Assembly (NCBI GenBank): GCA_017454745.1
Contig: JAFTCL010000048.1
Coordinates: forward strand, 22,534 to 86,533
Reading direction: 5' to 3'
From: Kiritimatiellia bacterium
GTDB lineage: Bacteria > Verrucomicrobiota > Kiritimatiellia > RFP12 > UBA1067
Length of the DNA: 64,000 nt
The notes beneath the pieces are model-generated. The model was not told the DNA's origin. It saw only the letters and a program-made list of their open reading frames with translations, and did no database searches. Made by a program: the position numbers and the translations under genes. Below, one piece after another: positions 56,280 to 64,000 of this stretch. How positions within the stretch are numbered: position 1 is the stretch's first letter; the number at the start of each line of letters is the position of its first letter.

Positions 56280-58715
56280 ATGAACAACGTTTATCTGGCC
56301 ATCTTGTTTTCAACCGTTGCGACGCTCCGGGTTACGTCGGCGGTGATGGTTGACGTATGGGGCGCCGAGGACGGGCTCCCCCATAACACGATCACCTGTC
56401 TGAAACAAACCCAAGACGGGTATCTATGGATCGGAACCAACCACGGCGCCGCCCGTTTTGACGGCATCCGCTTCACCCTCTTCGGCGCGCAGAACACGCC
56501 CGAATTGAGAAGCAACCGGATTGTCGCCTTTGAGGAGCTGGTTCAAGGCGGCAAGTCGGAGCTTTGGTTGGGTACGGACGGCGGCGGCGTCATGCGGCTC
56601 ATGGGCGGGCCGCACATGTCGATCACCAGTTGGGAGGGCCTTCCTGACGATACGATCGAATCGTTGGGGACGGACACCCAAGGACATCTGCTGATTGTCA
56701 CGGCAAAGGGATCCGTCATCTTGGATAACGGTCGGATCAGGCCCGTCACGGTGCCCCTCGGTCCGACAGACGCACAGACGGGAGACATCCCCCATGTGAC
56801 CGATCACCGGATACTCTGCACGCTGAAGGACACGGACGGGGTTTTATGGGTCGGGACCGAAGGCGGGGGATTGCTTCGGATTCGGCCTCGCCTGCTGGAT
56901 CCCGATTCCCGGCCGGACACAAAGGCGCTTCCGTCCTTTGATTTTCCCTCCGGTTTCCCTGAAAAGAGTGAAGTGACCGCATTCTGCCGCGATGCGGAAA
57001 ATAGGCTCTGGATCGGGACGCGCAACCGGGGCGTTTTCCTCCAAGAAGGGGGAACCATTCAAAACTTCGGGCCAAACGAGGGTTTCCCCGCGCGGATGGT
57101 TTCCGCGATCGTCCAGGATCGGGATGGCGATATTTGGGTAGGCTCCGACGGCATGGGACTCTATCAATTCGCGAACGGGCGGGTCTCCTATTATTGCCGC
57201 CGCGAGGGCTGGGGCAGCGAATGGATTCGTTCGCTCTTCATCGATTCCGACGGTGCGCTCTGGATCGGGAGCGGCGGGAATGGCCTGACGCGGATGCGGG
57301 ACGGCTGGTTCCACACCATCACCAAGCGGGAAGGGTTGAATGACGATATCGTCTCACAGATCCTGGAGGATGATTTCGGCAACATCTGGATCGGGACCAA
57401 TTCGGGATTGGCGGCCTTTTCGAAGCGGGATTTTGACCTGTTCGCGCAAGGAATGAAAAAGACGGTTCCGATAACCACGTATGGCCGCTGCGACGGCATG
57501 CCCGCCCTTGAATGCTGCGAAGACATAAAGATGCCGGCGGTCAAAGATCAAAACGGGCGGCTCTTCTTTGCGACCATTGCGGGGTATGTCTGTGTGGATC
57601 CCCATCAGCTGCGCGGGGCGATCAACAAAACCGCCTCGTTCAACACGATGATCGAAGAGGTCGAACTGGACGGGAAACGGATCCCCTCCCCGATTCGGGA
57701 CGTGGTCCTTGTGCCACCCGAAACGGGAGCGGTCTCCTTCCGATGGACGGGTTGCAATCCGGGGTATGCCGACAAGGTCCGTTTCCGGTACCGGCTGAAC
57801 GGATATGACCGCGAATGGATTGAGCAGAACACGCTGCGCTCCATACGGTATGTCAACCTCCCTCCCGGAAAATACACATTTGAAGTGGCGGCCTGTAATC
57901 CTGCGGGCATCTGGTGTCCGCGTCCCGCCATGATTCACCTGACGGTCAAGCCGCATCTTTGGCAGACGTTGGGATTCCGCATTGTTTTCCTCCTGTCGCT
58001 CGTTTCCGGCGGCGCGGCGTTGGCCTGGTGGTTTGTGCGGCGGCGGACGAAGGCCAAGATCGAACTCTTCAAACACCGCCATCTTCTGCTCGCCGAACGG
58101 GCCAGAATCGCCAGCGACATCCACGATGATATCGGGGCGCGTCTGACCCGGATCGCGCTTTTGGGTTCCCTTGCGGAGCGGGAACTGCCCGCCACCATTC
58201 CCGCTTCAACCAAGAATCGGCTCGCCGAGATGACCGTGGCCGTGCGGGAAGTGACCAACGCACTTGAAGAGGTGGTTTGGGCCGTTGAGCCGCGCAATGA
58301 CACCCTCGACAAGCTCGCGACCTATCTTTGCAGTTACTCGGAGCGTTTTTTAGAAGGAACCCACGTTCGTCTGCGGCTGCGGATCCCGACGCTCTTGCCC
58401 GCAGTCACGCTCTCCAGCTCATTGCGCCATGATGTGGTCCTGTCGGTCAATGAGGCGTTGAATAATGTGGTGCGGCACGCCAACGCCTCAACGATCATCC
58501 TCTATCTCACATGCGACGATCTCTTCTGCACCATCAAGGTGGAGGATGACGGATGCGGCATCACCGCAGTCCGTGAACATGGAAACGGGTTAAAGAACAT
58601 GGCTGAGAGGATGAGCCGGCAACATGGCTCAATTCGGTGTTCACAGCGGGAGGGACACGGTACCGTGATCGAGCTTTGTTTCCCCATCAAGCCGGGAGAT
58701 GGCAATGACAGATGA
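56280..58715 (+). CDS. Sensor histidine kinase with a periplasmic two-component-regulator beta-propeller, a Y_Y_Y domain, one transmembrane helix, and cytoplasmic HisKA_3 + HATPase_c domains
   Basis: Reg_prop repeats (DGYLWIGTNHG, GVLWVGTEGGGL, RLWIGTRNRGV, DIWVGSDGMGL, ALWIGSGGNGL, NIWIGTNSGL). Transmembrane segment IVFLLSLVSGGAALAWWFV. HisKA_3 box ERARIASDIHDDIGARLTRI. ATPase G-boxes. Confidence 0.8.
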   Translation: MNNVYLAILFSTVATLRVTSAVMVDVWGAEDGLPHNTITCLKQTQDGYLWIGTNHGAARFDGIRFTLFGAQNTPELRSNRIVAFEELVQGGKSELWLGTDGGGVMRLMGGPHMSITSWEGLPDDTIESLGTDTQGHLLIVTAKGSVILDNGRIRPVTVPLGPTDAQTGDIPHVTDHRILCTLKDTDGVLWVGTEGGGLLRIRPRLLDPDSRPDTKALPSFDFPSGFPEKSEVTAFCRDAENRLWIGTRNRGVFLQEGGTIQNFGPNEGFPARMVSAIVQDRDGDIWVGSDGMGLYQFANGRVSYYCRREGWGSEWIRSLFIDSDGALWIGSGGNGLTRMRDGWFHTITKREGLNDDIVSQILEDDFGNIWIGTNSGLAAFSKRDFDLFAQGMKKTVPITTYGRCDGMPALECCEDIKMPAVKDQNGRLFFATIAGYVCVDPHQLRGAINKTASFNTMIEEVELDGKRIPSPIRDVVLVPPETGAVSFRWTGCNPGYADKVRFRYRLNGYDREWIEQNTLRSIRYVNLPPGKYTFEVAACNPAGIWCPRPAMIHLTVKPHLWQTLGFRIVFLLSLVSGGAALAWWFVRRRTKAKIELFKHRHLLLAERARIASDIHDDIGARLTRIALLGSLAERELPATIPASTKNRLAEMTVAVREVTNALEEVVWAVEPRNDTLDKLATYLCSYSERFLEGTHVRLRLRIPTLLPAVTLSSSLRHDVVLSVNEALNNVVRHANASTIILYLTCDDLFCTIKVEDDGCGITAVREHGNGLKNMAERMSRQHGSIRCSQREGHGTVIELCFPIKPGDGNDR

Positions 58716-59349
58716 GGTGATTAAAGTCGCTTTGGTCGAGGACGATCTGGGTATCCGCGAGACCCTTGCGGAGCTGCTTGAGGTTTCGGAGGGATTTTCC
58801 TTTTGCGGTTCCTTCGCGGACGGCGAATCCGCTTTGGAGCAGATACCGAAACTGAACGCGGACATCGTGCTGGTGGATATCAACCTGCCGGGCATATCCG
58901 GCATCGATGTCATCATGACGCTTCATGCGGAGTGCCCGGGTCTCCAGTTCCTTGTCCTGACGGTCTATGAGGATAGCGACCGGATTTTCCGCGCCCTCGC
59001 CGCCGGGGCCGGCGGATACCTGCTCAAGCGCGAGGCGCCCAGTAAGTTGCTGGAATCGATCACGGACATCAAGCACGGCGGTGCGCCCATGTCGGCGTCG
59101 ATCGCGCGCCAGGTTGTCCAGTCGTTCCACAAGATGGGAACGGTCAAGGAGCCGTCGGAGAACCTCTCGTCGCGGGAAGAGGAGATTTTGAAGATGCTGG
59201 TGGAGGGGGACCTCTATAAGGAAATCGCGGACAAACTCGGCATCCATCTGGAAACGGTTAAAACGTACATCAAGCGGATCTATGCGAAACTGCATGTCCG
59301 TTCGCGGACCGAGGCGGTCGTGAAACGGTTGCGGCGGGAAAACGATTGA
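58699..59349 (+). CDS. Response regulator of the NarL/FixJ family (REC + LuxR-type HTH)
   Basis: Receiver residues VEDD and VLVDINLPG. C-terminal HTH: LSSREEEILKMLVEGDLYKEIADKLGIHLETVKTYIKRIY. Overlaps the kinase gene by ~17 nt. Confidence 0.8.
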   Translation: MAMTDEVIKVALVEDDLGIRETLAELLEVSEGFSFCGSFADGESALEQIPKLNADIVLVDINLPGISGIDVIMTLHAECPGLQFLVLTVYEDSDRIFRALAAGAGGYLLKREAPSKLLESITDIKHGGAPMSASIARQVVQSFHKMGTVKEPSENLSSREEEILKMLVEGDLYKEIADKLGIHLETVKTYIKRIYAKLHVRSRTEAVVKRLRREND

Positions 59350-59371
59350 TGGCGGAAAGGATTCTCAAAAG

Positions 59372-60322
59372 GTGAAGGCTGTTGTTTACGGATGTCTGAC
59401 GGTGCTCGCGATTCTCCTTTCGGGTTGTCGGGAGAACACGCCGGTCGAGCCGGTTAACGGGATTGTGGCGGTTTCGCTGGTGACGGACACGAATCCCCAT
59501 TTTTTGAAGATCGCCGAGGCGATCGAGCGCGATGCGCGGCGATACGGTTACCAGGTCGAAGTCGATTCCTGCGAGTTTAATGTGGACCGGCAGATCGAGC
59601 AAGTGAGACGGTTCATCACCTTGGGCGTGAAGGCGATGGTCCTGACGCCCTGCGACGCCAAGAAGATCGCGCCCGCCGTCCGGGCGGCCAATGAGGCGGG
59701 GATACCTGTCTTCACGGCCGACACGGCCTGTTCCGCGGAGGGTGTGCATATTACCGCGCATGTCGCGACGGACAATCGCGGCGGCGGGACACAGATCGCC
59801 CACGCGACGATCGAGACGTTGGGGGAGAAAGGCGGAACGGTCGGCTTGATCAACCATTCCCCGCTTGAGGCGTGCGAGCAACGGGTCAAGAGTTTCCTCG
59901 AAGTGCTGGCGCGCCACAACGAGTCCCACACCAACGCGCAGATCAAGGTGCTCTTCTGCGAACCCTGTGGCGCGAACCGGAAAGGGGGCGCGGCGGCCGC
60001 CGAAAAGATCATCCGAAAGCCCGTCCTTCCCGACGTCATCTTCGCCGTCAACGATCCCTCCGCCGCAGGGGCGTACTCGGTCCTGAAGAAACTCCCCCAA
60101 GAGAAGTGCCCCAAGATCATCGCCTTTGACGGTTCCAAAGAGGGTTGCCGGGCCGTGGACGAGGGCCATTTCCTGGCGACGGCCATCCAGTATCCGGAAC
60201 GCATCGGCGCTGAGGTCATGCGGGCGATCGTGATGAATGCCCGCAATGACCCGATTCCCGCCGAAATCCTCATTCCGACCTCGCTCTACCAGCCCTCCCG
60301 GAAGCGGATCGGCGAACCGTAA
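59372..60322 (+). CDS. Lipoprotein sugar-binding protein of the periplasmic-binding-protein (LacI/RbsB-like) fold. It has no adjacent ABC permease or ATPase genes.
   Basis: Lipobox LAILLSGC. PBP type-I pattern (VDSCEFNVDRQIEQVRRFITLGVKAMVL, IIAFDGSKEG). Confidence 0.65.
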   Translation: MKAVVYGCLTVLAILLSGCRENTPVEPVNGIVAVSLVTDTNPHFLKIAEAIERDARRYGYQVEVDSCEFNVDRQIEQVRRFITLGVKAMVLTPCDAKKIAPAVRAANEAGIPVFTADTACSAEGVHITAHVATDNRGGGTQIAHATIETLGEKGGTVGLINHSPLEACEQRVKSFLEVLARHNESHTNAQIKVLFCEPCGANRKGGAAAAEKIIRKPVLPDVIFAVNDPSAAGAYSVLKKLPQEKCPKIIAFDGSKEGCRAVDEGHFLATAIQYPERIGAEVMRAIVMNARNDPIPAEILIPTSLYQPSRKRIGEP

Positions 60323-60333
60323 CGCCCGGACGG

Positions 60334-62712
60334 CTAGAACGGATTGGTCGGGGCGATCTCCCACATGTCGAGCCGCGCGCAGACGGCGGACTCGCCCTTC
60401 GCCCCCAAGCGGATGTTCCGACCCTCTTTCCGCGGGTAACTGCGGCGGCAGATCGCCTGCCGGTCATTGGCGAACACCTCAATAACACTACGGTCCACAT
60501 AGACGCGCAGGGTCAGGGTCTCGCCCGGCCGCAGCCGGAACGGCGCCCGCTCGACAAGGGCGTGGGGCGTGATCATCCCGGATGACGCGGTCCCGCCCTG
60601 GCTTCCATCCAGAACAAGATGCCCCGTCTCCGCGTCGTAATGGATGACCGTCTTTTCGCTGCCGTCATCCGAGGCCAGAACCGACAGGACGAAACGGGGG
60701 GCGTTCTCCGGATCGAACGTCAGCTGGATCTCGCAATCATCCCCGGGAAGACCGGCAAACGGCTGACCCGTCTCTTCCGCAAGCCGGAGGCTCTCCACGG
60801 CCTTGTGGTTCCGGCGCAACCGTTTCAACTCCTCGACGGGGGCGATGCCGAGCGTCCCGTCATCCGCCAGCCAAAGCGATCGCGGCAGGCCGTAGACACC
60901 CGACCACCCGTATGTGATGTGGTCATTCTCAAGATTGTCGATCAGCCAGGCCCAAATGATCTGGCGGCCCTGTCCGTCCATCAGGCACTCCGGCGCGAAG
61001 TAGGTGTTGTCCTCCCACGTCATTCTGCCGTGACTTTCGGGATAGAAGCGGTCATCCGCATACCGCCCGATATAGTATTGGCAGCCCCGGTTGTGGCTGA
61101 TGCTGACCAGCAGGTGTTTGTCGCTTAAGGCGCCGCCGTCGGCACTGCGCGGCAACGGCAGGAAACTCGGACACATGTTGTCCTCATCGGGATCGGTCCA
61201 GCCGGACGCGCGCGTCTCATCGGTTCTGCGCTGGTAGAAGGGATGCTTGTAAACCCAGCTCTTCAGGTCCGCCGACTCGAAGAGGTAGACGCAGTCGCCC
61301 TTCATCGCCTCGGGCGAATCCGCCGCCCGTCCGTTGTCATTCAGCAAGGGTAGGTTTCCGGCGACCATGTAATACTTGCCGTTCTTTTTCCAGATGTTCG
61401 ACGGGTCCGCGCTGGCGTACTTCACCTCGTTCCCATCCGCGTCCTTCGCCAGGGTCCATCCCCACCGTGTGCTTTTGATGACGGGGTTTTCCGCGAATTT
61501 CTCCCAGCGGTCAAAGCGGGAATCAAGACTCTTGGCGATGCCGAGCCCCTTCGCGCCCCAGAGCATCCAGTAGGTGAGATAGGCGGTGCCGTCATCATCA
61601 ACAAAACCGCCGCCGCTGAAGACCCCGCTGTCATTCGGCCCGACACGAAGCGCGTCGGGATGGTGCCGCCAATGGAGCAGGTCCGCGCTGGAGACATGTC
61701 CCCAGCAGAAGCCGGAATGGGCGCGCGCGTAAAGATACATCAGATGATACCGCCCGTTGTGCCAGAAGCAGCCGTTGGGGTCACCCGGCTTCCCGTTCCC
61801 CTCTGGAACGCAGAAGTGGTAGAGCGGCCGGTAGGGATCCGCCAACAGCTTTTCACGCAGCCGGCGGGTGGTCGCCAGCACGGTATCGGGCACATCCCCC
61901 CGTCCGTTCCACGGTGACGCCGGAACCGTCGTCGCCCCGCCCTCTTCCTCGATGGACAGCGTCGAATCGGCAAGGGAGACCAGAAAGGTGTCGCCCTCGT
62001 CCATCAGGGTCAAAGCGCCGTCGGCCACCTTGGCGTTGCCGATCAGACGGCTCGCGCGGAAACGGCCCATCCGCTCAAATGTGCCCGTCGTACAGAACGG
62101 CCACCAGGCCCAAAGCGGCAACTCCCCCGCGACACCGGGCTTGAGTTTGCGCAGGGCGGCGCCGTCGAGCGCCGAGTCGTAAATCCGCGCGTCGCTAATC
62201 CGCCCTTTAAAGCTGACGCCGTCTTTCGCCCCGCGATGCCGTTTACCGAAGAGCACAAGGGTCTCGTTTCCGAAACGGACGGGATCAACCGTTGCGGTGT
62301 ACCGAGTCAGCTGTTCGCCATTGCGGTAGATGGTAATCTCACGGCCTTTATAACTGATCGCTAATTGGATGAACCGGTCAGCGGCGACGCTCTCTTCTGG
62401 GGCCCCATCCTGTTCGCGGCGGGTCCGTTTGTAATAATCGCTTCCCGCCATCCAAACCTTTTCTTTGAGTTCGCCCAAAACGATCGCGTCAAAGACCCCC
62501 TTGGCCGATTCCATGGTCAGGCAGGAGCCGCCCTGTTGCGTCAAATCCGCGGGGGAGACCCACGCCACAAGCGTCTTATCCACGATACTCTCGTTTTCGC
62601 TTGGAATCGGCTTTTGCCCGCCGTTTAACGTCACCGTGGTTTGGGCGACCGCTTGTCCCGCGCAACAGGCGCACCCGATAAGAACCATGTATCCCGCTCG
62701 AAACGTCATCAT
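60334..62712 (-). CDS. Secreted GH32 beta-fructofuranosidase / levanase-like hydrolase with an N-terminal LamG-like domain
   Basis: Signal peptide. A LamG-like ~200-aa N-terminal domain. The GH32 motifs are GDPNGCFWHNGRYHLMYLY (the NDPNG equivalent), WGHVSSADLLHW, FSGG, and YFAPEC (the EC catalytic motif). Confidence 0.75.
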   Translation of the reverse strand: MMTFRAGYMVLIGCACCAGQAVAQTTVTLNGGQKPIPSENESIVDKTLVAWVSPADLTQQGGSCLTMESAKGVFDAIVLGELKEKVWMAGSDYYKRTRREQDGAPEESVAADRFIQLAISYKGREITIYRNGEQLTRYTATVDPVRFGNETLVLFGKRHRGAKDGVSFKGRISDARIYDSALDGAALRKLKPGVAGELPLWAWWPFCTTGTFERMGRFRASRLIGNAKVADGALTLMDEGDTFLVSLADSTLSIEEEGGATTVPASPWNGRGDVPDTVLATTRRLREKLLADPYRPLYHFCVPEGNGKPGDPNGCFWHNGRYHLMYLYARAHSGFCWGHVSSADLLHWRHHPDALRVGPNDSGVFSGGGFVDDDGTAYLTYWMLWGAKGLGIAKSLDSRFDRWEKFAENPVIKSTRWGWTLAKDADGNEVKYASADPSNIWKKNGKYYMVAGNLPLLNDNGRAADSPEAMKGDCVYLFESADLKSWVYKHPFYQRRTDETRASGWTDPDEDNMCPSFLPLPRSADGGALSDKHLLVSISHNRGCQYYIGRYADDRFYPESHGRMTWEDNTYFAPECLMDGQGRQIIWAWLIDNLENDHITYGWSGVYGLPRSLWLADDGTLGIAPVEELKRLRRNHKAVESLRLAEETGQPFAGLPGDDCEIQLTFDPENAPRFVLSVLASDDGSEKTVIHYDAETGHLVLDGSQGGTASSGMITPHALVERAPFRLRPGETLTLRVYVDRSVIEVFANDRQAICRRSYPRKEGRNIRLGAKGESAVCARLDMWEIAPTNPF

Positions 62713-62725
62713 CTTTCCCCCACGA

Positions 62726-64000
62726 TCAGAATTTGATATCCTCCAGCACCTTCCCCTTTGTTTCGGGAACCAGCGTGAGGATCCAGACGAGATGGATCAC
62801 CATCATCACCAGAAAGAACGCGAAAATGGCACTCTGCGAAAAACTTTCCGCCAGTTTCGGGAAGGTGAACGCGATCAGCGCGGCGAAGATCCAGTGGGTG
62901 GAACTGCCGAGCGATTGGCCCGCCCCCCGGAAACGGTTGGGAAAGATCTCGGAGATCAGGACCCAGATGACCGTTCCCTGCCCCAGTCCGTGCGCCGCGA
63001 CGAACGCGAAGAGGAACCAGGGGATCAGGCTGCCGTGGCCCGTCGAGAAGCCCCACACGCAGAGGGCGAGCGAGACCACATAGCCGATCCCGCCGATCAG
63101 CAGCAGGGTTTTCCGTCCCAGCACGTCGATCAGCGCCACGCCGATCCACGTCCCGATGAACATCACGATGCCGATGCCGGCGGATTGGAAGAGCGCGTCA
63201 TGCGTGGCGAATCCCGCCTCCCCGAAGATTCGGGGGGCGAAGTAAAGGACCGCGTTGATCCCCGACATCTGGTTAAAGAACGCGACAAAGAACGCCAGAA
63301 GGATCGGTTTGACGAGCGCCTTGGAGAAGAACCGCTCGCGCTGACCGGCGGAAGCCGTCTCCTTTGCCGCGCACTCGGCGCGCACGCCATCCACCATCGC
63401 GTCAATATCCCGGGCGTCGAGCGCGGGATTGATCTCGGCAAAGACCTTGCGGCCCCCTTCGCTGTCCCTGCGCTTGACGATCAGCCAGCGGGGGCTTTCG
63501 ACCAGGAAGGGACAGAGTACGGTAAAGAGAAACGCCGGAATCGCCTCGCTGCCCAGCATGAAGCGCCAGGAGTTGTCGCCGATACGCGCCATGAAGTAGT
63601 TCGAAATGTAGGCTACGCACATACCGAAGATGACATTGAACTGGAAAAGTCCCGTCAGGGTTCCCCGGTATTTCGGAGGCGCGATCTCCGAGTTGTACAG
63701 CGGGACCACCACGGACGAGATGCCCACCCCGAATCCGCCGATCAGCCGGGCGACGGTCATAGTGTACGGTCCGGCCGGAAAGGCGGACCAAACTGCGGAG
63801 ACGAAAAACATCACCCCTGACCAGAAGAGGATTTTACGTCTGCCGAAAAAGTCGCTCAACCATCCTCCGATCAACGCGCCGATGACCGTCCCCCAAAGCG
63901 CGGAACTCATCACCAGCCCGTGCGTCCAACTGTCGGTTTGCCAAAGCGCCTGCATGGGCTTGTCCGCCCCGCTGATGACTGCCGTGTCATACCCGAAAAG
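62726..64000 (-). CDS. MFS sugar porter (sugar:H+ symporter), N-terminus beyond the window
   Basis: The ORF stays open upstream of the M at 63955 (LFGYDTAVISGADKP...). Sugar-porter motifs PESPRW and GRRKILFWSG are present. Confidence 0.75.
   Translation of the reverse strand, partial: LFGYDTAVISGADKPMQALWQTDSWTHGLVMSSALWGTVIGALIGGWLSDFFGRRKILFWSGVMFFVSAVWSAFPAGPYTMTVARLIGGFGVGISSVVVPLYNSEIAPPKYRGTLTGLFQFNVIFGMCVAYISNYFMARIGDNSWRFMLGSEAIPAFLFTVLCPFLVESPRWLIVKRRDSEGGRKVFAEINPALDARDIDAMVDGVRAECAAKETASAGQRERFFSKALVKPILLAFFVAFFNQMSGINAVLYFAPRIFGEAGFATHDALFQSAGIGIVMFIGTWIGVALIDVLGRKTLLLIGGIGYVVSLALCVWGFSTGHGSLIPWFLFAFVAAHGLGQGTVIWVLISEIFPNRFRGAGQSLGSSTHWIFAALIAFTFPKLAESFSQSAIFAFFLVMMVIHLVWILTLVPETKGKVLEDIKF

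Noticed and set aside
62465-63820. 451-aa + ORF overlapping the MFS sugar porter
   Set aside because: Antisense shadow. The minus-strand product has clear sugar-porter motifs and 12 TM segments.
1-64000. Searched for CRISPR arrays, tRNA and rRNA
   Set aside because: No short direct repeats interspersed with unique spacers were seen. No tRNA-like cloverleaf candidates or rRNA-like conserved blocks were seen in intergenic regions. All sizeable intergenic gaps are accounted for by promoters, leaders, REPs or gene remnants.

Overview
High-GC (~62%) bacterial chromosomal segment, tentatively from the PVC superphylum (Verrucomicrobiota/Kiritimatiellota/Lentisphaerota-like). The pointers are giant LamG/PATR/lectin surface proteins, FISUMP-domain proteins, abundant secreted glycoside hydrolases and a eukaryotic-type hexokinase. 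About 45 genes are supported from the sequence.

Order along the window:
- 5' end: partial GH78-like rhamnosidase (-), SAM methyltransferase (-), PatB/MalY C-S lyase (-).
- A FISUMP-domain gene interrupted by an in-frame TAG, a RAYT/IS200-like Y1 transposase bracketed by REP hairpins, and a second FISUMP paralog.
- fabH and a NifU-like gene.
- A secreted/envelope cluster: DUF1570-like HExxH protein, acyltransferase-3, clan GH-A-like hydrolase, secreted hypothetical.
- An Rpn/PD-(D/E)XK nuclease carrying an 11x 21-bp in-frame tandem repeat, in a lower-GC patch.
- A GlpT/UhpT-like MFS transporter and a G1P-dehydrogenase-like Fe-ADH (both -).
- A 1574-aa surface protein built from three tandem ~1026-bp LamG modules plus beta-helix repeats.
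- Citrate synthase, MscS, hexokinase, gyrA, a cation/H+ antiporter and a Sel1-repeat protein (all +).
- A decayed AAA-ATPase (DUF4143) remnant in an AT-rich patch.
- A 1190-aa GH106-like hydrolase (-), a C69 dipeptidase, a Tat-secreted sugar-phosphate isomerase/epimerase, a ROK kinase and a coiled-coil membrane protein.
- An OadA/PycB-like biotin carboxyltransferase, recJ, an MBL-fold hydrolase, cdd, a GH36-like alpha-galactosidase and a DUF805 protein.
- A second giant (1751 aa) LamG + PATR + double L-type-lectin surface protein.
- A fructan-type utilisation locus: propeller/Y_Y_Y sensor kinase, NarL-type regulator, lipoprotein sugar-binding protein, LamG-GH32 hydrolase and an MFS sugar porter running off the 3' end.

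The window contains no rRNA, tRNA or CRISPR array. The most unusual signals are the REP/RAYT element between two near-identical FISUMP gene halves, a conserved C-terminal tail shared by the two giant surface proteins, and the repeat-bearing Rpn nuclease. All family assignments rest on motif recognition by eye; no database searches were run.
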